Source: Armatimonadota bacterium (GTDB lineage: Bacteria > Armatimonadota > JAAZEB01). Taken from it: a stretch of 56,722 nucleotides of DNA. Under the pieces are notes generated by a model. That model was not told the DNA's origin. It did not search any database and saw nothing but the letters and a program-made list of their open reading frames with translations. Below, in pieces: positions 9,999 to 19,816 of this stretch (the stretch's first letter is position 1; each line of letters opens with the position of its first letter). The stretch spans positions 1 through 56,722 of the forward strand of contig JAAZEB010000153.1 in the NCBI GenBank assembly GCA_012512505.1. The letters are read 5' to 3'. The translations under genes were made by a program, and so were the position numbers.

Positions 9999-11954
9999 TC
10001 AGTTGAGGAAGAACATATTGCCTCGTTGGCCCGTGGCCAGATCGATCAGGAGCCAGAGCATCGCGGCGGTATACTCGCCGAGAACCAGCCCCAAGAAGAA
10101 AGGACGCGCGCGAGCGAAGGTGCGTTGCCCTCCCCAGCGCAAAATCGACGCTTTCAGCATCCAGCCAACCAGAATCGAGAACCAAAGCTGGATCATCGGC
10201 CACGAAGGCCCCATCACGAACCCGATTGGGTGAAGCTGCCACCAGACGAAGTGCATCCGCAGCCAGTAGAGCGCGTAGGTGACGGCGGAACCGATCACCA
10301 CGTAGGGCCAGTAACCCAGTGTCGCCGGCCGGGGGTTGGTCATCGCCGCCGCCAACGCCTGGCCAGGCTGCTGCGGACTGGCGATGGCGAACCAGCCGGA
10401 CATCCGCACCGCGCCATACTGATAGCCGAGGGCGATCACCACCACGCAGGAAACAACCGCCGCGACGACCACCGCGGCGAGCAGCGCCGGCGTGAGGCGG
10501 CGGCGGTCCAGCGCGGCGGTATCAGAGAGGCGGTAGGTGTCCAGCACGCTCGGCATCAGGAAGCCGCGCAGGTCGAAGATGAAAACGCGCTCCACCATAG
10601 AGAGCACAGTGAGGTTGGCCGGCCCGATGGCGGCGGAGCCGAGCGCGGCGCCGATCAAGCTGGTGGGCTGAAACGGCGCCTGGATGAAGAGGAGCCCGCC
10701 CTCGGAGACGAACCGCGTCAGCACCAGGGCCACGACGTAGAGGATCGCGATGGCGACGATCGGCACCAAAAAGGTCATCCCGGCGAACCAGCACCAGGCG
10801 CACATCCCGAGCGTGGTGAGCCCGAGCCCGACCACCGCCGCGCGATAGGAGAGCGGCTCGCCCGCGTCTTTGCCGGCCTTGTCGCCGCGCAGGGTGGCGG
10901 TCCACACGTCGCGCAGGTGTGGCCGGGCCAGCCAGAGCATCATCGCGGCCAGCACCACGAAGCCGCCCAGCATCTCGAACGCCTGGAACGACTGCACCGG
11001 GTAGTTCGCCATGTACTCGATCTGCATGCCGTAGGAGGCCGCCAGGGCAGATTGCAGCTTCGAGAGGAGGAAGAAGAGCCACAGACTGAGCGAGAGATCC
11101 GCGGCGAGGAGGAAGGAGAAGCCGATCACGCTGAAGTGCGTCCAGATCTGGAAGATGCCGATCTGGTTCCAGGGCCACGTCACCAGGTAGCTGTTGAGGT
11201 TATGCCGCAGCGGCACCTGGGGGAAGGTGGGGAAGTACATGTGGATGCTATTGATCGAGTGGATGATCGCCGGGATCGCGAAGCCGAGCCACATCAGGCG
11301 GCTGCGGAAGAAGGCAGAGCCGAAGCTGGGCACTGGGTCCGACCGCACCATCTCCGCGGGAAGCTGCACCAGCGGGAACGCCAGGCGCTCCCGGTCCACC
11401 CATTGGCGGCGCAGGATGGTGCCGATGCAGAAGTAGGCAGCGAACAACAGCAAGGCGAAGATGAGCCAGGCCGCCACCGGCAAAATCCAGGCGGCCCAGG
11501 GGATCGCCTCGCCATGGAACAGCCCCTGGTAGTAGCCGCGGCTCACCGCCTGCTGTCCGGCAGGGTTGGCCGGGTCGAACGGCACCATCCACTTTGGGAG
11601 GTACTTGTAGAACAGCTCGCCCCAGCGGTTCTCCGGGGTGGAGAAGTAGTTGATCCCCGCCAGCGTCGGGATCAGGTAGGCGGCCAGGCCGAAGGAGGGG
11701 ATGCCGGCGCCGACCAGCATCATCCCGTAGATGGCAACCAGCTCGTGCCGCTTCAGGCCCAGCCGGGGGCTCAGCCGGCGCAGCGCCGTGTTGAGGCCGG
11801 CCACGAGAACCAGGAAGAGAACGAGGGCGCCAATCGGCAGGTGGCACGAGGCAAGCCAGGTGCTTTGGACCAGGAGATCCGCCAGCGGCGTCGCCACGCA
11901 CAGCAGGACAACGCACACCAGTCCAACGGCAAAGGCGCGCAGAGTGATGGGCAC
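9999..11954 (-). CDS. large polytopic membrane protein, DUF6785/DUF6784 (OPT-like peptide transporter) family
   Basis: LRRQWVDRERLAFPL, WWQLHPIGF and ARPFFLGLVLGE signatures. Confidence 0.82.
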   Translation of the reverse strand: MPITLRAFAVGLVCVVLLCVATPLADLLVQSTWLASCHLPIGALVLFLVLVAGLNTALRRLSPRLGLKRHELVAIYGMMLVGAGIPSFGLAAYLIPTLAGINYFSTPENRWGELFYKYLPKWMVPFDPANPAGQQAVSRGYYQGLFHGEAIPWAAWILPVAAWLIFALLLFAAYFCIGTILRRQWVDRERLAFPLVQLPAEMVRSDPVPSFGSAFFRSRLMWLGFAIPAIIHSINSIHMYFPTFPQVPLRHNLNSYLVTWPWNQIGIFQIWTHFSVIGFSFLLAADLSLSLWLFFLLSKLQSALAASYGMQIEYMANYPVQSFQAFEMLGGFVVLAAMMLWLARPHLRDVWTATLRGDKAGKDAGEPLSYRAAVVGLGLTTLGMCAWCWFAGMTFLVPIVAIAILYVVALVLTRFVSEGGLLFIQAPFQPTSLIGAALGSAAIGPANLTVLSMVERVFIFDLRGFLMPSVLDTYRLSDTAALDRRRLTPALLAAVVVAAVVSCVVVIALGYQYGAVRMSGWFAIASPQQPGQALAAAMTNPRPATLGYWPYVVIGSAVTYALYWLRMHFVWWQLHPIGFVMGPSWPMIQLWFSILVGWMLKASILRWGGQRTFARARPFFLGLVLGEYTAAMLWLLIDLATGQRGNMFFLN

Positions 11955-11998
11955 GGCATGTCTCCGGTGGGAAAGGCGAGGGGCGGTTGCCCCGCCCC

Positions 11999-12028
11999 AT
12001 TATAGCGGACCAGGCGCGTCGGGGTCAA
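11999..12028 (-). promoter_or_regulatory. sigma70-type promoter for the DUF6785-like gene
   Basis: minus-strand TTGACC-N18-TATAAT. Confidence 0.65.
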
Positions 12029-12049
12029 TCGAATGGTGTGGAACTTGCA

Positions 12050-12079
12050 TTGACACCTGCGCTGGAACCCCCGTATAAT
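12050..12079 (+). promoter_or_regulatory. consensus sigma70-type promoter
   Basis: TTGACA-N18-TATAAT. Confidence 0.7.
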
Positions 12080-12103
12080 GCAGAGGAGAGGCTGGACAGC
12101 CAG

Positions 12104-12985
12104 ATGCGCGCGCGGTCGCTGAAGCTACTCGCCGGCTTGCTAGTGCTGGTGATCGGGGTGTGGGGAGTGAGCCGCATAGGCCGTGCCCGGCCGGAGACTG
12201 GGGGCACGGTGGCCTCGGCACGCCCGGACCCCGGGCAAACACTCACCATCACGCCCAACCGCGCTCCCGGCATGGTGGCGCCCCAACCGGTGACCTCCCC
12301 GGCGCGCCGGCCGCCACCGCCCGACCCGCTGAGCTATGATCCCTGGCTGAGCGCGGCACCCCCGGTGCAGACCACGCCACGCCAACCGCAGAGCCCGTCT
12401 GGCCGCCTCAGTGCCACCCCGCCGGCGCGGCCGTACTCCGGGATGCGCCTGCCTGCCTCTGCCGCCGCCACGCCGCGCCCGGCAAGCCCGGTGACGATCA
12501 CGCCCCAGCGGCCCGCGACGCCGGCCGCGCCCTTGGCCGCGACCCCACCGCCGGCGCGTCCAGCCGGTCGGGTGACGGCTGTTGGCCCGCTCGGCTTCCA
12601 GGAGGAGCCGAGTGACCAGCGCGCGCCGCTGCTGATCATGGAGAACGCCGAAAACGCGACGATGACGATCACCCTCACCGGGCCAAAGAGCTATCGCCGG
12701 CAACTGGCGCCCGGCAGCATCGTCCAACTGGAGATCGAGCCGGGCTACTACCAGGCCCAGGTGCGTTCCTCGGCGCTGGGCAGCGTGCCCAACCGGGGCG
12801 CCGGCGAGTTTCGGGCGTTCAACCGCTACTACGCGCGCTGGCAGGCGGTGCCCCTCGGCGAGAAGACACCGCTGCGCCTGGGTGAGCTAGCGAAGGAACG
12901 CCCGGCCGAGCTGCCCGCGGCGTCCCCTACCATCGAGGAAACTCCCGAGGAGCCGCTGGTCAAGCCGGTGCCCGAGACACCGTAG
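12104..12985 (+). CDS. membrane-anchored proline-rich hypothetical protein with C-terminal beta domain
   Basis: N-terminal TM helix, Pro/Ala/Thr-rich linker, TITLTGPKSY..IEPGYY; lies downstream of a consensus promoter. Confidence 0.65.
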   Translation: MRARSLKLLAGLLVLVIGVWGVSRIGRARPETGGTVASARPDPGQTLTITPNRAPGMVAPQPVTSPARRPPPPDPLSYDPWLSAAPPVQTTPRQPQSPSGRLSATPPARPYSGMRLPASAAATPRPASPVTITPQRPATPAAPLAATPPPARPAGRVTAVGPLGFQEEPSDQRAPLLIMENAENATMTITLTGPKSYRRQLAPGSIVQLEIEPGYYQAQVRSSALGSVPNRGAGEFRAFNRYYARWQAVPLGEKTPLRLGELAKERPAELPAASPTIEETPEEPLVKPVPETP

Positions 12986-13084
12986 CACACCCCCTGGCAG
13001 CCTACCTCAAGTTTGGCAAGTGCCCGCCGATAATACGTACGAGCGCTGTGCCCTACAGCGTCCTCTCGGGAGGGATATCCAGGC

Positions 13085-14146
13085 GTGCTCGTACTGCTTC
13101 TGGCGGCACTGCTGTCGCTTTCCCTGAGCCCTTTGGCGCGGGCGGCGGAGTTCGCACCGACGGCCTATTACAACGTGAACCCCTACGACGACACGGTGCT
13201 GGGCGCCGGCCTGTCGTGGCGGGGCCAGTGGAACCACACGGAGGTGGACCTGGGCTACTCGACCGCCCAAAGCGAGGCCCGCGGCCGTTTCCACTACTGG
13301 AACGACGTCGGCCTGGGCGCCCGCGGTGGCTTCGACCTCCAGGTGTTCCACGAAGTGCAGGCGCGCTCCGACCTCGTGCCGCTGATCCAGCACGGGTTCT
13401 ACGAGGGGCACACCGGCGGCATCATCACCGCTTACCGCCGCCTCGGCTACCATGAGGTGGGCATGGTCTCGCTGATCAGCGACCGGGTGTGGCCGCTGCC
13501 GGCGCGCGGCAACCTGATCGCCACCGAGCGCGACCGCGTCTACTCGCTGCGCCTGGCCTATCAGCGCGACACCCGCGAGGATCGCTTCAACCCACGCACC
13601 GGCGGGCGCACCGAGGTGGCAGCCACCCAGGCGGCGCGCGTCTTCGGCGGCACCCGCTCCTACCTGGTCTCCACGCTTCACTGGACGCGCTACCAGGCGC
13701 TGGGAGAGCGAGGCGCTTTGGCCTGGAGATTGCACACCGCGGCTACTGCCGGCGGGCTGCCGGAGCAGCGACGCCTGGGCCTGCCCGGCGCTGGCGTGCG
13801 CGGTTACGACTTCGTGACGGCGGAGGACCGGGTGAATGACCCCGGTACGTTCGTGACCGTGGCCAACGCCGAAGTGCGCCTGCCGGTGCTGCCCCGCGAG
13901 AACATCTCGCTGGGAATGCTCGGCACGCTGATGCACCTACAGGTGGCCGCCTTCGCCGACGTGGGAACCGCCAGGCAAGCCGGCTCCTCCTGGATTGTGC
14001 GCGGCGGCGTCGGCCTGGGGGTGCGGGCGCCACTGGTGGCGCTAGGGCGCGTGCCGATGATCGTGCGCCTGGATGTGGCCCAGGGCCTCACCCGGACGGG
14101 CCGGCTGAGCACCTACGTACTGCTCACCGCGCCGGAGCTGTTCTGA
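13085..14146 (+). CDS. Omp85 (BamA/TamA-like) beta-barrel protein without POTRA domains
   Basis: signal peptide; RDTREDRFNPRTG, GVRGY, AFADVG, GVGLGVR and RLDVAQG; terminal Phe. Confidence 0.8.
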   Translation: MLVLLLAALLSLSLSPLARAAEFAPTAYYNVNPYDDTVLGAGLSWRGQWNHTEVDLGYSTAQSEARGRFHYWNDVGLGARGGFDLQVFHEVQARSDLVPLIQHGFYEGHTGGIITAYRRLGYHEVGMVSLISDRVWPLPARGNLIATERDRVYSLRLAYQRDTREDRFNPRTGGRTEVAATQAARVFGGTRSYLVSTLHWTRYQALGERGALAWRLHTAATAGGLPEQRRLGLPGAGVRGYDFVTAEDRVNDPGTFVTVANAEVRLPVLPRENISLGMLGTLMHLQVAAFADVGTARQAGSSWIVRGGVGLGVRAPLVALGRVPMIVRLDVAQGLTRTGRLSTYVLLTAPELF

Positions 14147-14259
14147 GGCCGGCAGCGGCGCGGCAAGGCGTATGATTTGGGCCGCGCGAGGCTGAATGCC
14201 GGCCCAGCGCCTCGCGCGGCCGGACAAACCAACGGCGCCGGTGCTGGGTCACCACCCGT

Positions 14260-14523
14260 CTACGCGGTGGCGCGCCGGCCAAACACGGCGTGGTAGATGA
14301 ACAGCAGGATGACGGCGCCGATGACTGCCACCAGGATGCTCCATAGGTTCAGGCCCGTGGCCCCGGCAAACCCGAGCGCGGAGAAGATCCAGCCGCCGAC
14401 GATGGCCCCGAGGATGCCGACCAGCAGATCGGCCAGCAGCCCTCCAGGCTCATTCCCGGGGACGAGCGCGCGGGCGATCAGGCCGGCGATCAGGCCCACG
14501 ATGATCCATGCCAGAATAGACAT
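14260..14523 (-). CDS. GlsB/YeaQ/YmgE family stress-response membrane protein
   Basis: MSILAWIIVGLIAGLIARALVPG...GILGAIVGG. Confidence 0.92.
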   Translation of the reverse strand: MSILAWIIVGLIAGLIARALVPGNEPGGLLADLLVGILGAIVGGWIFSALGFAGATGLNLWSILVAVIGAVILLFIYHAVFGRRATA

Positions 14524-14544
14524 CGCCTTTCCTCCCCCGCGACT

Positions 14545-14571
14545 CTTCCCGGCCGGCTGGCCGGTCAAACC
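14545..14571 (-). promoter_or_regulatory. SigB/SigF-type promoter motif upstream of the GlsB/YeaQ gene
   Basis: minus-strand GGTTT-N16-GGGAAG. Confidence 0.55.
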
Positions 14572-14645
14572 AGCGGCGGGGAGGATCGGCAGGCCCGGCG
14601 GCCATCGAACGTGCAGGGCTTTGGCACCCGGGGCGGGGAGAAGCG

Positions 14646-15470
14646 ATGCAGGTTGAGTTTTGGGGCACCCGCGGGTCGGTCGCGGCGCCCGGTCCGTTCA
14701 CCGTCCGCTATGGCGGAAACACCTCTTGCGTTGCCGTCACGCTCACCGACGGCACGCTGCTGGTGCTAGACGCCGGCACCGGCATCCGCCGGCTCGGCCA
14801 CGCCCTGGCCGCCCGACCGCCGGTGACCGTTCACCTCTTCCTCAGCCACTGCCACTGGGATCACATCCAGGGCTTCCCCTTCTTCGCGCCGGCCTACTGC
14901 CCCAACGCCCACCTGTCCATCTACGGCTATCCCGCCGCCCGCCAAAAGATCCGCAAGACGATGACCGACCAGATGGAAGGCGCCTACTTCCCGGTGGACT
15001 TTTCCCAGTTGAGCGCCAAGATCGAGTTCATCGACTTGTGGCAGGACACGCTGCGACTGGGAACCTCGCGGATCACCCTGGTGGAGACGAACCACCCCGG
15101 CGGTGGGGTGGGGTTCCGCATCCAGGAGGGCGACCGCAGTCTGGTGTACCTCACCGACAACGAGCTGGGCACGGCCGGCAACGGGCGTTTCACCGGCTTC
15201 TGCCACGGCGCCACGCTGCTGATCCACGACGCGCACTACACCCCGGAGGAGATGGAGACGCACCGCGGCTGGGGACACTCCTCCTACCAGGAGGTACTGG
15301 CGCTGGCGCGCGCCGCCGAGGTGCAGCAGGTGGCGCTGTTCCACCACGATCCGGAGCGCACCGACGACGCCATCGATGCCATGGTGGCTGCCTGCCGGGC
15401 CGAGATGGCGCGGCGAGGGGATCGCTTCACCTGCTTTGCCGCCGCGGAAGGAGCGGTGCTCTCGCTGTGA
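14646..15470 (+). CDS. MBL-fold metallo-hydrolase
   Basis: FWGTRGS, YGGNTSC, DAGTG, SHCHWDHIQG, WGHS and FHHDP. Confidence 0.92.
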   Translation: MQVEFWGTRGSVAAPGPFTVRYGGNTSCVAVTLTDGTLLVLDAGTGIRRLGHALAARPPVTVHLFLSHCHWDHIQGFPFFAPAYCPNAHLSIYGYPAARQKIRKTMTDQMEGAYFPVDFSQLSAKIEFIDLWQDTLRLGTSRITLVETNHPGGGVGFRIQEGDRSLVYLTDNELGTAGNGRFTGFCHGATLLIHDAHYTPEEMETHRGWGHSSYQEVLALARAAEVQQVALFHHDPERTDDAIDAMVAACRAEMARRGDRFTCFAAAEGAVLSL

Positions 15471-16519
15471 GACGCGCCGCGTGGTGGCGCCCGACCGGGT
15501 GGGTCCTCGGCTGCCTGGCCCTGGCCGTGCAGCGCTGGGCACCACCGCAGTTCGCCGAGGAGTGGTACGCCCGCCGGCTCTATCCTCCGCTCGCCAGCGC
15601 GCTGGCCGCCCTCAACCGGCAGGTTCCCTTCTCCCTGGCGGAGGTGCTAGTCGTCCTGCTGGCGCTGTTGGGGTGGGTGCTGTGGCCGCGGCCGGGCCGG
15701 GCCCGTCGGGGGCTGGCGGCGCTGGCCGCGCTGACGGCGGGGATCGGCTGGGGCCTCTTCGCCTTCTCTGCCCTATGGGGAGTGAACTACCGCCGGCCGC
15801 CACTGGCACAGCGCCTCGGCATCCCGGTTGGCGGCACCCCCAACGACCTGGCGCGCACGGCGCGCTGGCTGGCGCGTGAGACGGTCCGGTTGGCGCCCTC
15901 CGGGCCGGCGGAGGCGCCCACCGCCCTGCCCTACTCGCTCTCGGAGCTGGATGCCCGCATTGAGGCGGCCTACGCCCGGGTGGAGGAGTTGGGCGCCCTG
16001 CCCCGCCGCCGCCTCGGCCCGGCCAAGCCGGTGCTGGCCTCGGGGCTGCTGTGCCGCCTCGGGCTGTCCGGGATCTACAGCCCGTTCACCGGCGAACCCA
16101 ACTACAACCGACTGCAGCCGGCCACCGACCTTCCCTTCGCCATCGCCCACGAGAAGGCGCATCAGCGCGGCATCGCCCCCGAGGATGAGGCGAACTTCGC
16201 CGCGTTCCTGGCCCTCCACACCTCGCCCGACCGCTATCTGCGCTACAGCGCCGCGCTGCACGCCGCCGGCTACGTCCTTGGCGCCCTGGCCCACGCCGAC
16301 CCGCAGGCCTATGCCCGCCTCCTCCCGCTGGTGGCCGGCCGGCCGGTGGCCGATTGGTCACGCTCGCAGGCGTTCTGGCAGCGCCACTGCGGCCCGGCAC
16401 AGCGCGTGTCGCAGCGGGTGAACGACCTCTACTTGCGGGCCAATCGCGTGCCCGGCGGCATCCAAAGCTACGGCGCCGTCACCGACCTCCTCGTCGGCTA
16501 CCACCGCGCCCGGCGCTGA
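15467..16519 (+). CDS. DUF3810-like membrane protein with HExxH zinc motif
   Basis: GTGA overlap with the upstream stop; PFSLAE, WGVNYRR, GIYSPFTGE and AHEKAHQRG..EDEANF. Confidence 0.82.
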   Translation: MRRAAWWRPTGWVLGCLALAVQRWAPPQFAEEWYARRLYPPLASALAALNRQVPFSLAEVLVVLLALLGWVLWPRPGRARRGLAALAALTAGIGWGLFAFSALWGVNYRRPPLAQRLGIPVGGTPNDLARTARWLARETVRLAPSGPAEAPTALPYSLSELDARIEAAYARVEELGALPRRRLGPAKPVLASGLLCRLGLSGIYSPFTGEPNYNRLQPATDLPFAIAHEKAHQRGIAPEDEANFAAFLALHTSPDRYLRYSAALHAAGYVLGALAHADPQAYARLLPLVAGRPVADWSRSQAFWQRHCGPAQRVSQRVNDLYLRANRVPGGIQSYGAVTDLLVGYHRARR

Positions 16520-16578
16520 CGTGTTTGCGGCGCGGCGGCACCGGGGATACCCCGGGTAGCGCATGAGGAGGCTCACCC

Positions 16579-17007
16579 ATGGCAGTGAAGGTGTTCGGCA
16601 TGAACCACGTCGCCCTGGAGGTCACCGACGTAGAGGCAGCGGTTCGCTTCTACCAGGAGGTGTTCGATCTCCCGCCGCCCGAGGAGGGTGAGGGGCAGGC
16701 GTTCTTCCGCATCGGCAAGCACCAGTTCCTGGCGATCTTCGTGGTGGACCAAATCGCGGAGACCAAGTGGCGTCACTTCGGGATCATCGTCACCGACGAC
16801 GACGAGATCGCCAAGGTGCGCGAGCGCGTGCAGGCCCGGGGCTGCCGGCTCAACCCCGGCTTCGCCTGCGACTTCTACGATCCCTGGGGCAACCGCATCC
16901 AGGTGGTAGACCTGTCGGTGGTTTCCCCCTACTGGCGCCTGGGCCGGGTGCGCATGGAGGAGGAAGAGCACGGCTGGTCTGCCGACCAGCCGCTCGGCAG
17001 GCGCTGA
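16579..17007 (+). CDS. VOC/glyoxalase family protein
   Basis: MNHVALEVTDVEAAVRFYQEVF, RHFGI and DPWGNRIQ; GAGGAGG RBS. Confidence 0.88.
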   Translation: MAVKVFGMNHVALEVTDVEAAVRFYQEVFDLPPPEEGEGQAFFRIGKHQFLAIFVVDQIAETKWRHFGIIVTDDDEIAKVRERVQARGCRLNPGFACDFYDPWGNRIQVVDLSVVSPYWRLGRVRMEEEEHGWSADQPLGRR

Positions 17008-17052
17008 GGGGGCGCTCCCTGCCCGTTCGCTCGCCGCCGCGGCCGGCCTGGC

Positions 17053-18180
17053 TCACGGCGCGAGAACGGTGCCGGCGATGTGGCGGATGCCATCGCCCCC
17101 GTAGAAGTAGTAAGTGACCAGCACGCGCCCGTCCGGCAGCAGCGTGGACCAGGGATAACCCAGGTCGCCCCCCAGGCCATCCTCCCGGAGGATGATCTCG
17201 GGGCCGGCGAAGTCGGTGCACTCGTCGTCCAGCACGCGCGCCCGAATCCCGAACGGAGCGTGCCGGTAGCCGTAGACCAGCAGCACCCCGCCGTCGGGGA
17301 GCGGCAGCGGGTGGTAGGGATGCCCGATCACCGGGCGCTGCTGCCACGGCGACCAGGTGTGGCCGTTATCGTGCGACTCGGCGGTGACCAGGTGGTCCTC
17401 CAGGTTGGCGGTGCGGAGGAAGCAGACGATCTTGCCGCTGGGGCAGCGGTGCAGCGCCGGCTCGTGCATGTGGACGCGGTCATCCTGGGCGATGCAGGCG
17501 CGGAGGCGCCAACTCTCGCCGCCGTCGTCCGACACGTAGACGTAGGCGGCCGACGGCGCGCCAGGTCGTGGGCTGGCATAGACCGGCAGGAGGATCTCAC
17601 CGGCGCTCTCCACGGCGCGCCCGCGCACCGCACCACCATGGCGGGGGCAGTGGCCCGGTCCGGGCCCGGCGCCGGGAAGGGGCGGCAGGTAGCGGTGCTC
17701 GCCCCAGGTGCGACCGGCGTCGTCCGAGGCACGCACGAAACCGCCGTAAAAGGCGTAGTAGAGGCCATCGTTCTCCGGGCCGCCGTGCAGCTCCGGCACC
17801 TGCCGGCGAACCTCCGCCACGAAGGGCGGCGGGAACCCGTACCAGGCAAACGACCCCAGCAGCAGGCGCCCGCTGCTCAGCAGCAGCAGCGAGGGGTCTT
17901 GGTCAGCGGCCAGAGGGTTCATCGGCAGCGCCTCCGCCGCGGCCAGTGGCTGCAGTGTCTGCCCGTCGAGGCGCACCTGGGCGTGGTGCGAGCGCTCGTG
18001 AACGTGCGAAGCCCACCCCCGCAGGTTTTCCGGTGCGTCCGGCCCCAGCAGCCAGCGCGGGTCCGGCGCCCGCCGGAACACCAGTAGCACGCTGCCGTCC
18101 GGCAGCGTCACCGCCGAAGGAAACGCGGCGTAGAACGGCTCTTCCCGGTAAAGGACCCGATCCTCAACCTTGCGCAGCAT
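17053..18180 (-). CDS. BNR/Asp-box sialidase-like glycoside hydrolase
   Basis: YAAFPS; three Asp-boxes (SDDAGRTW, SDDGGESW, SHDNGHTW); DLGYP. Confidence 0.82.
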   Translation of the reverse strand: MLRKVEDRVLYREEPFYAAFPSAVTLPDGSVLLVFRRAPDPRWLLGPDAPENLRGWASHVHERSHHAQVRLDGQTLQPLAAAEALPMNPLAADQDPSLLLLSSGRLLLGSFAWYGFPPPFVAEVRRQVPELHGGPENDGLYYAFYGGFVRASDDAGRTWGEHRYLPPLPGAGPGPGHCPRHGGAVRGRAVESAGEILLPVYASPRPGAPSAAYVYVSDDGGESWRLRACIAQDDRVHMHEPALHRCPSGKIVCFLRTANLEDHLVTAESHDNGHTWSPWQQRPVIGHPYHPLPLPDGGVLLVYGYRHAPFGIRARVLDDECTDFAGPEIILREDGLGGDLGYPWSTLLPDGRVLVTYYFYGGDGIRHIAGTVLAP

Positions 18181-18352
18181 CACCGACCTCCTTTGCCCGA
18201 CCCTCGGCAGCAACTTCGGCACCCGGTCGGCACCTCCTTCCTCGGGCCGAGCGCCCCGCCGCGGGCCGTTCATGGTCGTGGCACCTCAAACCGTTGCGGT
18301 GAGGTCCTCGCGGTCGGATCGCCGGCGTCCCGCCGGCCCCCGTGGGAAGCAT

Positions 18353-18411
18353 CGGAATGCCCGAGCCATCGGGCCTCTGCTAGACGGCCGCGTCGCCGCG
18401 GCACTCCGCTG
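18353..18411. repeat. degenerate single REP-like doublet
   Basis: CGGAATGCCCGA-GCCA-TCGGGC ... GCCGCGTCGCCGCGGCACTCCG. Confidence 0.7.
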
Positions 18412-18487
18412 TACTACCCGGGGAAATGGTCTCTTGCCGCGCGGGCGATGCTCCTCTGCGGGCTGGCGCTGGCACTGGGCCTGCGCG

Positions 18488-19252
18488 TTATCCTGGTGGC
18501 AGGGTGAGCAGCGACAGCACCTCGGGGTGGATCTTCCCGTTGGTGGCCACCACGCTGCCCGCCTCAATCGAACGCGGCTCACCTGCCAGCGTGGTGATCG
18601 TGCCGCCGGCCTCGGTGAGAATGAGGTGACCGGCGGCAAAGTCCCAGGCCGACAGCCCCGGGTGAATGAACGCCTCCAGTTGGCCAGCCGCCACGCTGCA
18701 CAGGTCCAGCGCCGCCGAGCCAAAGGAACGCACCTTGCTGGCGGCAAAGAAGAGGCGCTCGGTGAGGGCGAAGGTATCGTGCCGGGAGTGCCGGCGCGTC
18801 CAGTCGAGAATGACAATGCTTTCCTCGACGCGATCCACCTGGGAGACGGAGAGCGGCTCGCCGTTGAGCGTGGCGCCACCCCCGCGCTCCGCGGCGAACA
18901 GCTCCCGAGTGAGCGGGCGGTAGACGACGCCGATCCGCACCTCGCCCCGATGCACGAGGCCGATGGAGACGGCGAAGTAGCTGTTGCCCCGCGCGAAGTT
19001 CACCGTGCCGTCCAGGGGGTCGACCACCCACTCCCACTCGGCTTCCCCCTCGCTGCTGCCGTACTCCTCGCCGGTCACGCGGTGCCCCGGGTAGTGCCGC
19101 CGCACCTCTTCGCGGATAAAGCGCTCCGCGGCCTCATCCGCCTCGGTGACGATATCAGTGCCGAACTTCACCCGCACAATGCGCGCGCCCAGGTGGCGCA
19201 CCAGAAGGTTGCCTGCCTCAACGGCAAGCCCGCTGACAAACTCTCGATTCAT
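18488..19252 (-). CDS. inositol monophosphatase (SuhB-like)
   Basis: DIVTEAD, GEE, WVVDPLDGTVNF, RSFGSAAL and WDFAAG. Confidence 0.92.
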   Translation of the reverse strand: MNREFVSGLAVEAGNLLVRHLGARIVRVKFGTDIVTEADEAAERFIREEVRRHYPGHRVTGEEYGSSEGEAEWEWVVDPLDGTVNFARGNSYFAVSIGLVHRGEVRIGVVYRPLTRELFAAERGGGATLNGEPLSVSQVDRVEESIVILDWTRRHSRHDTFALTERLFFAASKVRSFGSAALDLCSVAAGQLEAFIHPGLSAWDFAAGHLILTEAGGTITTLAGEPRSIEAGSVVATNGKIHPEVLSLLTLPPG

Positions 19253-19304
19253 CGATAATCGCCCTGCTTCTTCCCAGGGGCATGAGCACCAGCGCCCCGC
19301 CCCC

Positions 19305-19727
<423 letters not shown>

Positions 19728-19816
19728 CCCCACTGGCCAGCCCCATATCCCCCACCGCCGGGTCCTACCCGCGGACCACCAGGAGGGCACCCCTCGCCGC
19801 GTATCGGCACCGGACA

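Noticed and set aside
9006-12005. 999-aa plus-strand ORF and other long antisense ORFs (108-1760, 3672-5717, 21925-23988, 28844-31261, 47646-49829)
   Set aside because: Each lies opposite a well-supported gene and has no recognisable motifs; these are typical stop-poor shadow frames in high-GC DNA.
14660-15466. Upstream part of the 619-aa ORF overlapping the MBL hydrolase
   Set aside because: Arg/Pro-rich off-frame sequence; the real DUF3810-like protein starts at GTG 15467.
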